31,648 nt of DNA from Actinomycetales bacterium. Lineage in GTDB: Bacteria; Actinomycetota; Actinomycetes; Actinomycetales; CAWJMD01. The stretch spans positions 1 through 31,648 of the forward strand of contig JBDIAG010000001.1 of NCBI GenBank assembly GCA_039812305.1. The letters are read 5' to 3'. Below the pieces are notes generated by a model, which worked only from the letters and a program-made list of their open reading frames with translations, had not been told where the DNA came from and made no database searches. Position numbers and translations under genes: made by a program. Shown here piece after piece: positions 18,361 to 27,483 of this stretch; the stretch's first letter is position 1; each line of letters starts with the position of its first letter.

Positions 18361-18726
18361 CTACTTGACCCTTTTTGTCAGGTCGAATTCAGATCCATCC
18401 TTCAGCTTGAATACCAATTTCCTGCGTTGCAAAAACCGTGCATTGCGACGTTCGAATCTTGCGTTTAAGTAGTCGATAGAGATGCTGACATAGTCCGCCG
18501 CCAACTCGGAAAGCAGACGCTGGTCCCATTCGAATAGAACACCCTCAAATCCCTGGTCCGTGCGGATTAGGTAGGCTTCGGAACCAAACTCTAGACGCGT
18601 CCATTGCGAACTATCCCGAAGGTTCTCTATCCTGGTTCCACCATAAGGTAGATCATCGCAGTAGGCACATCGAGCTTGATCCCCTACAAGGCCTATTATC
18701 GCTTCATGCATTGAACGTGGATTCAT
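18361..18726 (-). CDS. Putative immunity protein for the RHS C-terminal toxin
   Basis: 121 aa, low GC, immediately downstream of the toxin, ATG overlapping the toxin TGA (ATGA). Confidence 0.7.
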   Translation of the reverse strand: MNPRSMHEAIIGLVGDQARCAYCDDLPYGGTRIENLRDSSQWTRLEFGSEAYLIRTDQGFEGVLFEWDQRLLSELAADYVSISIDYLNARFERRNARFLQRRKLVFKLKDGSEFDLTKRVK

Positions 18727-20651
18727 TTCTTCCACAATCCTACATTGTAGGATTTCTTAGTCGTGTGGAAGTCGATCCCGCCATACCTCCGACTGAAGTG
18801 TCCGTGCAGCCGCGTGGCCTGTCGCTTAGCCCCAGAACTCTTTAACCAGTGTTTCCGAGTGTTCCCGAAGGAGACGTGGAACTCTCCCACGCCTTGACTT
18901 CGGCCAATGCGCAACACGGGATTGCCATCCCGCACGAAGTGACGTGCTTTCGCCACCACCTTGGCGATCCGCGAAGCACCTTTTGCTGCATGAAGTGTGG
19001 TCTGAACGACTCTAACTGCCCGATAGGCGCGATAGGCCCAAACGGCCGCCCCGAGACCTGGTACAAAACCTACCGCGGCGAGGGCGATCGCTGTCTTATG
19101 TTTCCAAAGGAACTTCCCGACCTTTTTCAAAGTGATCTTGTGTCCGTCGAGGTCGGCGCCGTTGATGGGGTCGGTGGGGTGGGTGTAGGTGGTGTCGTTG
19201 CCGCCGTATTCGGGGTCGGGGCTGGTGAAGTGGCCGGTGATGGTGTTGTAGAGGCGGGCGCCCATGAGGATGAGGCGGGCGGGGGTGTCGGTGGAGCGTT
19301 CGGCGGTGCCGTGCCAGTTGTAGGCGGCGGGGGTGGCGCCTGGGGTCGTCCCGGTGAGGGGGTTGCCGTATTCGTCGGTGGCTTGCCAGGTGTCGATGCC
19401 GGTGGCGTCGCCGGTGGCGGGTAGTTGGCTGGTGGTGACGATGTCGCCGTGCAGGTTGGCCAGGGTGAGGGTGGAGGTGGTGGTGGGTCCGCTGAGGGGT
19501 GGTTCGGTGGTGTCGGTGGTGGCGGCGAGGCCGTTGCCGAGGCCGCCCAGGTAGCGGGTGGTGGTGGTCTGGTTGCCGCCGGTGACGGGTCGGGTTTCGA
19601 CGGTCCAGGCGGGGTTGTCGCTGGTGTCGGCGTAGGCCCGGGTGAGGGTCTTCGGGGTGGTGCCGGTGGAGGTGGCGGCCAGGCGCCGGCCCATCGTGTC
19701 GTAGGTGTAGGTCTGGGTGGTGCCGTCGCTGGTGATGGTGTCGACGGAGTCGTCGGCCCGGTAGGTCAGGGCGGTATTTCCCCCGGTGGGGGTGTCGACG
19801 GCGGGCAGCGTGGTCACCCGGCCGAGCGCGTCGTAGGTGTAGTTGCCGGTGGCGGTGCCACCGGCCGTGGTGTTGCTGCTGGTGGTGATCCGGTCGGCGG
19901 TGTCGAGGGTCCACGCCCGGGTCGACGTGGTCGTGGTGCCGGTGGTGCAGTCGGAGCCGGTCCCGGCCTGCCGGGTGGTCTGCCCGGCGCGGGCGCCGTT
20001 GGCGGTGAAGGTGTAGTCGCGGCGGGTGCAGCCCAGGCTGGTGTCGGGGTTGGCCGGGTCGAGGGTGGTGTCGACAACGCTGGTGAGTTGGCCGAGGCCG
20101 TTGTAGCTGTAGGCGTGCCGGTACTGGTCGGCACCGGTGGCGCCGGGCCCCGGCGTGCCGGACAGGTCCGGAGTGAGATCGGCCACGACCCGGCCCTGGG
20201 TGTCGTTGGCCTGGGTCCAAGCCATCCAGGGCTGGTCGTCGGGGCCGGTGTAGGTCAGGCCGACGGGCTCGCCCGCGGTGTCGTAGCTGGTGGTCTGGGT
20301 CAGCCCGCCGGGCATGGTCTGGACCACGAGGTTCCCGGCGGCGTCGTAGGCGCCGGCGAAGGTGAGCGTGCGCCCGCTGGTGGTGTGGGTGATGCTGGTG
20401 GCCATGCCGCGGCGTTCGACCTTGCCGTTGGCGTCCGGGCCGTACCCGAACGTGGTGCTGCCCTTCGGATCGGTCACCGTCAACACGCGATCCAGGTTGT
20501 CATACGTGGTGGTGGTCGCGGTCTGTCCGGACGGGGTGTAGGTGGTCTCCCGTCCCCATCCGTCGTAGCCGGTGGTGATGGTGCCGGCGGTTGAGGTGAG
20601 GCTGGTGGCCAGCCCCGTGGTGAGTGAGTAGGCAGTGGTGGTGGCGGGCAC
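18723..20651 (-). CDS. 5'-truncated RHS/YD-repeat polymorphic toxin with an unrecognised 139-aa C-terminal domain
   Basis: YD repeats (YDGWGR, YDNLDR, YDAAGN, YDTAGE, YDALGR, YDTMGR); core ILMGARLYNTITGHFTSPDP...TDPINGADLDG; GC drops after 19143. Start taken at GTG 20651 after GAGGTGA. Confidence 0.88.
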   Translation of the reverse strand: MPATTTAYSLTTGLATSLTSTAGTITTGYDGWGRETTYTPSGQTATTTTYDNLDRVLTVTDPKGSTTFGYGPDANGKVERRGMATSITHTTSGRTLTFAGAYDAAGNLVVQTMPGGLTQTTSYDTAGEPVGLTYTGPDDQPWMAWTQANDTQGRVVADLTPDLSGTPGPGATGADQYRHAYSYNGLGQLTSVVDTTLDPANPDTSLGCTRRDYTFTANGARAGQTTRQAGTGSDCTTGTTTTSTRAWTLDTADRITTSSNTTAGGTATGNYTYDALGRVTTLPAVDTPTGGNTALTYRADDSVDTITSDGTTQTYTYDTMGRRLAATSTGTTPKTLTRAYADTSDNPAWTVETRPVTGGNQTTTTRYLGGLGNGLAATTDTTEPPLSGPTTTSTLTLANLHGDIVTTSQLPATGDATGIDTWQATDEYGNPLTGTTPGATPAAYNWHGTAERSTDTPARLILMGARLYNTITGHFTSPDPEYGGNDTTYTHPTDPINGADLDGHKITLKKVGKFLWKHKTAIALAAVGFVPGLGAAVWAYRAYRAVRVVQTTLHAAKGASRIAKVVAKARHFVRDGNPVLRIGRSQGVGEFHVSFGNTRKHWLKSSGAKRQATRLHGHFSRRYGGIDFHTTKKSYNVGLWKK

Positions 20652-20957
20652 ATGTGTCACCTCTAAGGCAAAACCGCTGTAAGTGACATTGTGGCCGAAC
20701 AGAGGAATCCAACCCGACCTCAATGTGCCCTGGCGACAAGACCTGGCCTTATCACCCCAAAGTCCCAAACCAACTACTGATATCAATCGCTCAATAGCCC
20801 GTTCGGCGGTATCAATAGCCCGTCCGGTCGAATCGGACCACAGAGTGCCATGTCAACATGGCTTAGGTGTGCGCATTGCGAAGCGGTCGAACGGCCGCCC
20901 GGGCCACCCACTAGCCTGAGGCGATAGTCCGTACGAGTTCACTGGGAGACCTTCGAT

Positions 20958-22013
20958 ATGACCGGCAGCACTCCGTCCTCGCTCAAGATCGCCGTCGTCC
21001 CGGGTGACGGCATCGGCCAGGAGGTGACGGCCGAGGCTCTCAAGGTGCTCACCGCCGCCGCGGAGCAGGACGGCGTGGCGATCGCTCCCACCGAGTACGA
21101 CCTGGGCGCCCGGCGCTGGAACGCGACCGGGGAGGCCCTGCCGGCCAGCGTGCTGGAGGAGATCCGCGACCACGACGCGATCCTGCTCGGCGCGGTGGGC
21201 GACCCGTCCGTCCCGAGCGGGGTGCTGGAGCGCGGGCTGCTGCTGAAGCTGCGCTTCGAGCTCGACCACTACGTCAACCTGCGCCCGTCCAAGCTGTTCC
21301 CCGGCGTACCCGGCCCGCTGGCCGACCCGGGCCAGATCGACTTCGTCGTCGTGCGCGAAGGCACCGAGGGTCCGTACACCGGCAACGGCGGTGCGCTGCG
21401 CGTGGGCACCCCGCAGGAGGTCGCGACCGAGGTCAGCGTCAACACGGCGTTCGGCATCCGGCGGGTCGTGCAGGACGCCTTCACTCGCGCCGCCGCCCGC
21501 CCGCGCAAGCACCTGACCCTGGTGCACAAGCACAACGTGCTGACCTTCGCCGGGCACCTGTGGCGGCGCCAGTTCGAGGCCGTCGCCGCGGAGTTCCCCG
21601 ACGTCACCACCGACTACCAGCACGTGGATGCGTCCACCATCTTCCTGGTGACCAACCCCTCGCGGTTCGACGTCATCGTCACCGACAACCTCTTCGGCGA
21701 CATCGTCACCGACCTGGCCGCGGCCGTCACCGGCGGCATCGGGCTGGCCGCCTCCGGCAACATCAACCCGGACCGGACGGCCCCGTCGATGTTCGAGCCC
21801 GTGCACGGCTCCGCGCCCGACATCGCCGGGCAGGGCAAGGCCGACCCCACCGCCGCGATCCTCTCGGCCGCGATGCTCGCCGAGCACGTCGGCCTGGCCG
21901 GGGCGGCCGCGCGGATCGACGCCGCGGTGACCGCCGACATGGCCGACCGGATCTCCGCGACCGCCGTCCGCAGCACTCCCGAGATCGGCGACGCGATCGC
22001 GTCCCGGCTCTGA
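20958..22013 (+). CDS. leuB: 3-isopropylmalate dehydrogenase
   Basis: [64 protein letters not shown]. Confidence 0.95.
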   Translation: MTGSTPSSLKIAVVPGDGIGQEVTAEALKVLTAAAEQDGVAIAPTEYDLGARRWNATGEALPASVLEEIRDHDAILLGAVGDPSVPSGVLERGLLLKLRFELDHYVNLRPSKLFPGVPGPLADPGQIDFVVVREGTEGPYTGNGGALRVGTPQEVATEVSVNTAFGIRRVVQDAFTRAAARPRKHLTLVHKHNVLTFAGHLWRRQFEAVAAEFPDVTTDYQHVDASTIFLVTNPSRFDVIVTDNLFGDIVTDLAAAVTGGIGLAASGNINPDRTAPSMFEPVHGSAPDIAGQGKADPTAAILSAAMLAEHVGLAGAAARIDAAVTADMADRISATAVRSTPEIGDAIASRL

Positions 22014-22059
22014 GGCTGCCGGGCGGCTGCCAGCCGCTCCGGTGAGATAACGTGCCCCT

Positions 22060-23163
22060 ATGAGCGCGAGCACCACCGAAACGGCCACAGCGGGCTTCAC
22101 GATTGAACGTCGTTCCGATCCGCGGCCGGTCGCCGAGCGGGAGGCGATCCTGGCCGACCCGGGCTTCGGCAAGTTCTTCACCGACCATCTGGCCCGGGCG
22201 ACGTGGACGAAGGGGTCCGGCTGGAGCGACCTGCGGGTCGAGGCCTACGCCCCGCTGCAGCTCGACCCCGCGGCGGCGGTGTTGCACTACGCGCAGGAGA
22301 TCTTCGAGGGGCTGAAGGCCTACCGGCACGCGGACGGCTCGGTGTGGGGGTTCCGGCCCGAGGCGAACGCGGCCCGGTTCGCCCGCTCGGCGAAAAGGCT
22401 TGCGCTGCCGGCGCTTCCAGCCGAGACGTTCCTCGCGTCGCTGGAGGCGCTGGTCGCCACCGACATCGACTGGGTGCCCTCGGGCGGGGAGACCAGCCTG
22501 TACCTGCGCCCGTTCATGTTCGCCTCCGAGGCGTTCCTCGGGGTGCGTCCCTCCAACCAGGTGGACTATCTGCTGATCGCCTCGCCCGCCGGCGCGTACT
22601 TCTCCGGCGGGGTCAAGCCGGTGTCGATCTGGCTGTCGCAGGAGTACTCCCGGGCCGCTCCCGGAGGCACCGGCGCCGCCAAGTGCGGCGGCAACTACGC
22701 GGCGAGTCTGCTGGCCCAGTCCGAGGCGAGCGAGCACGGCTGCGACCAGGTCTGCTTCCTCGACGCGATCGAGCACCGCTGGGTGGAGGAGCTCGGCGGC
22801 ATGAACCTCTACTTCGTCTACGACGACGGCTCGGTGGTCACCCCGCCGACCTCGGGCACGATCCTCGAAGGGGTGACCCGCGACTCCATCCTCACCCTGC
22901 TGCGGGAGCGCGGTCTGCAGGTGAAGGAACAGCGCGTCGACATCGCCGACTGGCGGGCGGACGCGGCCAGTGGTCGTCTCACCGAGGTGTTCGCCTGTGG
23001 CACGGCCGCCGTCGTCACGCCCGTCGGGCGCCTGGTCGAGCCCGACGCCGAGCACGCCACGAAGGGCAGCGGCGAGGTCACCATGGGCATCCGCCAGGCC
23101 CTGCTGGATCTGCAGTACGGCCGGGCCGAAGACACCCACGGCTGGCTGCACCGGCTGGCCTGA
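22060..23163 (+). CDS. ilvE: Branched-chain amino acid aminotransferase
   Basis: FGKFFTDH, LHYAQEIFEGLKAY, AKCGGNYAASL (PLP Lys), EELGGMN, ILEGVTRDS, FACGTAAVV. Confidence 0.96.
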   Translation: MSASTTETATAGFTIERRSDPRPVAEREAILADPGFGKFFTDHLARATWTKGSGWSDLRVEAYAPLQLDPAAAVLHYAQEIFEGLKAYRHADGSVWGFRPEANAARFARSAKRLALPALPAETFLASLEALVATDIDWVPSGGETSLYLRPFMFASEAFLGVRPSNQVDYLLIASPAGAYFSGGVKPVSIWLSQEYSRAAPGGTGAAKCGGNYAASLLAQSEASEHGCDQVCFLDAIEHRWVEELGGMNLYFVYDDGSVVTPPTSGTILEGVTRDSILTLLRERGLQVKEQRVDIADWRADAASGRLTEVFACGTAAVVTPVGRLVEPDAEHATKGSGEVTMGIRQALLDLQYGRAEDTHGWLHRLA

Positions 23164-23183
23164 AAACGATCCCGTCCGGGTCG

Positions 23184-23244
23184 AGGTCTCGTCCGACTGG
23201 GACATCGTGGTCGGGACGCAACCACGATGTTCCGTCTGAGACCT
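23184..23244. terminator. Long imperfect inverted repeat between convergent genes (terminator or second REP-like family)
   Basis: aggtctc...gggacatcgtggt-cgggacgca-accacgatgttcc...gagacct. Confidence 0.6.
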
Positions 23245-23251
23245 GGCCGCG

Positions 23252-23956
23252 TCAGGTTTCGCCGGCCGGCTGGTCGGGCCCGAAGGTCGCGTCCTCGAAC
23301 GGGTCGGTATCGGGGCCGAACCTGCTGAAGGTGGTTCCGGTGAAGCCGGTGGGTCCGCAGAATCGCGTGCCGCCGAAGCCGGTCTCGGCCGCGAAGCTCG
23401 CCTGGGTGAAGCCGGCGGCCGCGTAGAACGTGGCCTCGGCGAAGGAGGCCTCGGACAGGAAGGCGGCGCCGGTGAACCCGGCCGGGCCGACGAAGGTCGC
23501 CCCGGTGAAGGTGGCGTCGGCCTCGAACCGGGCATGGGTGAACCAGGCCGTCTTCTCGAAGGTCGCCCGGGCGAAGGTCGCGTTCGTGCCGAAGACGGCC
23601 GCGGTGAAGTCGGCGGCCGGCAGGTCGGCGCCGCTGAGGTCGATGCGCAGACCGGACCAGCTCGTCTCGCCGGCCGCGGCGCGCAGCCGATCGGCGAGCA
23701 GGGCCGTGATCGCGGCCCGGACGTCCTGCTCGGCGGTGCTGACGGGATCGATCGCCATCCTCAGGTAGCCGCACAGGACGTCGACGCAGGTCTGTGCCCG
23801 GCCCGGGGACCCCTCGTCGAGCCAGTCGTCGGCCACCGCCGCCAGGCCGTAGACGCCGGCCAGCCGTACCACGGCCTTGTCGTGCCCCAGATGGGTCGCG
23901 GCCACGGCATACCGCTTGCGCAGGTCACGCAGCAACGGTGTGCGGGTGAACGACAT
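23252..23956 (-). CDS. Pentapeptide-repeat-containing protein
   Basis: RYAVAATHLG...VRLAGVYGLAAVAD domain, then A(D/T/A)FxxA-type repeats (ADFTAAVF, ATFARATF, ATFTGATF, ASFAEATF). GGAGG RBS before ATG 23956. Confidence 0.85.
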   Translation of the reverse strand: MSFTRTPLLRDLRKRYAVAATHLGHDKAVVRLAGVYGLAAVADDWLDEGSPGRAQTCVDVLCGYLRMAIDPVSTAEQDVRAAITALLADRLRAAAGETSWSGLRIDLSGADLPAADFTAAVFGTNATFARATFEKTAWFTHARFEADATFTGATFVGPAGFTGAAFLSEASFAEATFYAAAGFTQASFAAETGFGGTRFCGPTGFTGTTFSRFGPDTDPFEDATFGPDQPAGET

Positions 23957-23981
23957 CTGGCCTCCGACGGGGACGATAGGG

Positions 23982-24004
23982 TTTAGTTTCGTAGCAAAGA
24001 AAAT
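23982..24004. promoter_or_regulatory. Possible ROK-family operator in the divergent promoter region
   Basis: AT-rich TTAGTTTCGTAGCAAAGAAAA upstream of the ROK gene, in otherwise GC-rich DNA. Confidence 0.35.
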
Positions 24005-24024
24005 CTGTGTCAAGGGGAGGAACG

Positions 24025-25215
24025 ATGACGGGCCAAGATGTACGCGTGACCGTGCGCGGCGTGGATCCGGCCTGGAGCGACCTCAGTGAGACCTCGCGTC
24101 GCGTGGTCCTGCATCTGCTGCGGCGGGGGGCCACCTCGCGCACCGACCTCGCGCGGTCGCTCGGCCTGTCGACCGCGAGCCTGACCAGGCTCACCTCCCC
24201 CCTCGTCGAGAGCGGACTGCTGGTCGAGAAGGCCAGGTACGAACTGGCCGGCACCCCGGGGCGACCGCAGGTGCCCCTGGACGTCAACGGCGACATCGAG
24301 CTCTTCCTCGGAGTCTCGATCACGCGGGACGATCTCAATGTCGTCCTGACGGATATCCATGCCCGGGTGCTCGATCACCGGCGGCAGCCCACCCGCGATC
24401 TGGACCCGGCGGCCGCGGTGGCGCAGGCCGGCGAACTGATCGGCCACCTCGTGGCGGCCCTGCCCGCCGGGCGCGACGACCTGGTGAGCTCGGCGGGTGT
24501 GGCCATCGGCGGCAGCGTGCGGGACGGCCGGACGGTGACGCGGGCGCCGTTCCTGGAGTGGAGCGACGTGCCGCTGGCGGAACTGATGGCCGGCGCCACC
24601 GGACTGCGCACGCTGGTCGGCAACGACCTCACGGCTCTGGTGCACGCCGAGAACTGGTTCGGCGCCGGGCGGGCGCACCGGCAGTTCGTCGTCGTCACGA
24701 CCGGCGTCGGGGTGGGATACGGCGCGGTCGTGGCCGGGGAGGCGATCGCCGGCCCGGACGAGGGAGCGGGCCTGGCGGCCCGGGCCCTGGTCACCGGCTT
24801 CGAGGGGACACCCGAGCCCGTCTTCCGGGTGCTCTCCGAGATCTCCCTGGCGGAACGGGCGACCCAGGTGATGGGCCGTCCCGCCTCGATGGAGGAGGCG
24901 CTGGCCGCGGCCGGGTCCGGCGACGCCGCGGCCTCGGAACTGGTGGCGGCGGCGGTGTCCGCGCTCGGTGAGTTCTCCGCCCTGGCCGCGGCGTTCACGC
25001 TGACCGACACGGTGGTCATCTCCGGCGAGAGCGCGCGGATGGCGACGCTGGCGCCGGCGGCCCTGACGGCCGGCATTGCCCGGATCCGCCCGGACGATTC
25101 GCCGTTGAACGTCATCGTGCGGCCGCACGACTTCGCGTTCTGGGCACAGGGCGCGGCGGCTCTGGCGATCCGGGACAGGGTCCTCGGCCGGGCGGACGAC
25201 TCGACGGGCGCATAG
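24025..25215 (+). CDS. ROK-family transcriptional regulator
   Basis: N-terminal HTH (SRTDLARSLGLSTASLTRL...GRPQ), sugar-kinase-like domain (GVAIGG, GNDL, TTGVGVG), WAQGAAALA. Confidence 0.88.
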   Translation: MTGQDVRVTVRGVDPAWSDLSETSRRVVLHLLRRGATSRTDLARSLGLSTASLTRLTSPLVESGLLVEKARYELAGTPGRPQVPLDVNGDIELFLGVSITRDDLNVVLTDIHARVLDHRRQPTRDLDPAAAVAQAGELIGHLVAALPAGRDDLVSSAGVAIGGSVRDGRTVTRAPFLEWSDVPLAELMAGATGLRTLVGNDLTALVHAENWFGAGRAHRQFVVVTTGVGVGYGAVVAGEAIAGPDEGAGLAARALVTGFEGTPEPVFRVLSEISLAERATQVMGRPASMEEALAAAGSGDAAASELVAAAVSALGEFSALAAAFTLTDTVVISGESARMATLAPAALTAGIARIRPDDSPLNVIVRPHDFAFWAQGAAALAIRDRVLGRADDSTGA

Positions 25216-25229
25216 TGTTAGCGTAAACA
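25216..25229. promoter_or_regulatory. LacI-family operator upstream of the LacI gene
   Basis: TGTTAGCGTAAACA versus TGTTAGCGCTAACA (12/14); overlaps a TAGTGT -10 candidate. Confidence 0.65.
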
Positions 25230-25338
25230 TTCACGGCCTCGCGCGGGCCGTCCGGGAGGATTCGCTTCGCCGGTCGACCGCGGTGGCGCGGGCGTCGACT
25301 TTCCGGAGCCGCCCGCGGTGGGGAACACTGGTCCGGCG

Positions 25339-26385
25339 ATGGACGAGGACAGGACGGGCCACCCGCCCCGAGGCGGTGGGCGGGCGAGCGGGCGGATCAG
25401 GGCCGAGGACGTCGCGGTGCTGGCCAAGGTGTCCTCGCAGACCGTCTCCCGGGTGGTGAACGGCGCGGACAACGTGCGCCCGCAGACTCGCGCGCGCGTC
25501 GTCGAGGCGATGGCGAAGCTCGGCTACGCACCCAGTCAGGCGGCCCGGGCCCTGCGGTCCGGTGGCGGTTCCGCCACGATCGGGGTCGTCGTCCATCACC
25601 TCGCGCGCACCGGCGAGGCGCGCATCATGGAGGCGGTCGCGAGGACCGCCCACGCGCGCGGCTACGCCGTCACCCTGCTGGACGCCTCCAGCGAAGACGC
25701 CGGCGACATGAATCGTGCGCTCGGCCACCTGGGGCACGACATCTCCGGCCTCATCGTTCTCAGCCTGGAGACCGCCCGGATCGAACGGGTCGACGTGCCG
25801 CCGAGACTTCCGGTCGTGGCCGCGGACAACCGGGCCTTCCTGGTGCCGGCCGTCGGGTTCGACCAGCGCGGCGGCGCCCACCTGGCCGTGACGCATCTGT
25901 TGGGCCAGGGGCATCGCACGGTCCATCACCTGGCGGGTCCGCAGACGTCCCTGCAAGCCCGGTCCCGCGAGGAGGAATGGCGTCGGACGCTGGCCGCGGC
26001 GGATCGCGACGTGCCCGAGCCGCTGCACGGCGACTGGACGCTGTCCTCGGGGTACGAACTCGGCCGGCGACTGGCCGCCGATCCCGGGGTGACCGCGATC
26101 TTCGCCGCCAACGACGAGATGGCCGCGGGCCTGCTGCGGGCGCTGCACGAGGCGGGCCGCCGGATTCCGCGGGACGTCTCGGTCGTCGGCTTCGACGACA
26201 TCATCGGCGGTTATCTGTGGCCGCCGCTGACGACGATCCACCAGGACTTCGCGGCGATGGGGGAGAACCTCGTGCGGCTCCTGCTGCGCCAGCTCGACCC
26301 AGGTACGGGCGACGACGCGGCGATCGAGTCGCTGATCCCGGCGCGGCTGGTGATCAGGTCGACTACCGGGCCTCCCCGGGGCTGA
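25339..26385 (+). CDS. LacI-family regulator, probable gal operon repressor
   Basis: DVAVLAKVSSQTVSRVVN HTH; FAANDEMAAG, VSVVGFDD, PPLTTIHQD. Alternative start at 25318. Confidence 0.9.
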   Translation: MDEDRTGHPPRGGGRASGRIRAEDVAVLAKVSSQTVSRVVNGADNVRPQTRARVVEAMAKLGYAPSQAARALRSGGGSATIGVVVHHLARTGEARIMEAVARTAHARGYAVTLLDASSEDAGDMNRALGHLGHDISGLIVLSLETARIERVDVPPRLPVVAADNRAFLVPAVGFDQRGGAHLAVTHLLGQGHRTVHHLAGPQTSLQARSREEEWRRTLAAADRDVPEPLHGDWTLSSGYELGRRLAADPGVTAIFAANDEMAAGLLRALHEAGRRIPRDVSVVGFDDIIGGYLWPPLTTIHQDFAAMGENLVRLLLRQLDPGTGDDAAIESLIPARLVIRSTTGPPRG

Positions 26386-27358
26386 TCGCGGCGCTGCGGG
26401 CCTCCCAGCCGGAACGGACCATCTCGTCGATGGTGTGTCGCATCCGCCAGTCGAGGTCGCGCGCGGCGAGCTCACCGGAGGCCACGATGCGGTCGGGATC
26501 GCCGGGGCGGCGCGGCCCGACCTCGGGCACGAAGTCGATTCCGGTCACTCGGGCCATGGCGTCCATGATCTGCCGCACGGACAGGCCGTCACCGGAGCCG
26601 AGGTTGTACGCCGGCTCGATGGCCTGCCCGGCCGCGAGGCGCTGCGCGGCGGCGACGTGCGCCCGGGCGATGTCGCCGACGTGGACGTAGTCGCGGACGT
26701 TCGTGCCGTCCGGCGTGTCGTAGTCGTCGCCGAAGATCGCCGGCGTCCGCCCCTCGATGAGGGCCTCGAAGACGAGCGGGAAGAGGTTGTGCGGGCTGGA
26801 GTCGTGGACCTCGGGGTGGGCCGAGCCGACGACGTTGAAGTAGCGCAGCGACGTGTGTCGCAGTGGTGCGTCGGTGTCCGCGGTCGCCGCCGCCTGGTCG
26901 CGCAACAGCCACTCGCCGATGAGCTTCGACTCGCCGTAGGGACTGGCCGGGCGTTTCGCGGTGTCTTCCGTCACCAGTGCCGTGTCGGGCGTGCCGTAGA
27001 CCGCGGCACTGGAGGAGAAGACGATGTTCGGCACCCGAACCGCCGCCATCGCCTCGAGGATGACGCGGGTCCCCTCGACGTTCTGGCGGTAGGTGTGCAG
27101 CGGCCGGCGCACCGACACGCCCGCGTACTTGAAGCCCGCGACATGGATGACGCCGTCGACCTCGTGATCACGTAGCGCGCGCTCGACGAGCGGGCGGTCC
27201 AGGATCGTGCCGCGGACGAACGGCACCCCGTCCGCGACGAACTCCTCACGTCCGCTGGAGAGGTCGTCGACGACGACCGGCGAGAGGCCGGCCCGCGACA
27301 GAGCCCGGACGACGTGCGCCCCGATATAGCCGGCGCCGCCGGTGACGAGCCAGGACAT
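26363..27358 (-). CDS. galE: UDP-glucose 4-epimerase
   Basis: VTGGAGYIG, FSSSAAVYG, YGESK, LRYFN, RDYVHV, RRPGDP. Confidence 0.95.
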   Translation of the reverse strand: MSWLVTGGAGYIGAHVVRALSRAGLSPVVVDDLSSGREEFVADGVPFVRGTILDRPLVERALRDHEVDGVIHVAGFKYAGVSVRRPLHTYRQNVEGTRVILEAMAAVRVPNIVFSSSAAVYGTPDTALVTEDTAKRPASPYGESKLIGEWLLRDQAAATADTDAPLRHTSLRYFNVVGSAHPEVHDSSPHNLFPLVFEALIEGRTPAIFGDDYDTPDGTNVRDYVHVGDIARAHVAAAQRLAAGQAIEPAYNLGSGDGLSVRQIMDAMARVTGIDFVPEVGPRRPGDPDRIVASGELAARDLDWRMRHTIDEMVRSGWEARSAAISPGEAR

Positions 27359-27373
27359 GGTGGTACTCCTCGT

Positions 27374-27406
27374 GGTTCGGGGACGGTTCGGGGACGGTTC
27401 GGGGAC
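27374..27406. repeat. Perfect 3 x 11-bp tandem repeat just upstream of the galE RBS
   Basis: ggttcggggac three times. Confidence 0.9.
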
Positions 27407-27426
27407 GGGTACCCGGCGCGGATCGT

Positions 27427-27468
27427 GGTGGTCACCACCGGAAGGCGTTCCCTCCGGCGGTGACCACC
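27427..27468. terminator. Stem-loop in the galK-galE spacer
   Basis: ggtggtcacc-a-ccgga-a-gg(cgtt)cc-c-tccgg-c-ggtgaccacc. Confidence 0.6.
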
Positions 27469-27483
27469 GGCGACCGGACGGGA

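Noticed and set aside
17846-18472. Small plus-strand ORFs in the island (17846..18091, 18161..18472)
   Set aside because: No RBS or motif support; they overlap better-supported minus-strand remnants or the immunity gene.
20652-20786. Upstream 45 codons of the track RHS ORF (MISVVGLG...)
   Set aside because: Lower GC and no YD-repeat character; probably fortuitously open sequence upstream of the truncation point.
17100-20900. att sites or target duplication delimiting the toxin island
   Set aside because: No convincing direct repeat at both ends, and no integrase or tRNA in the window.
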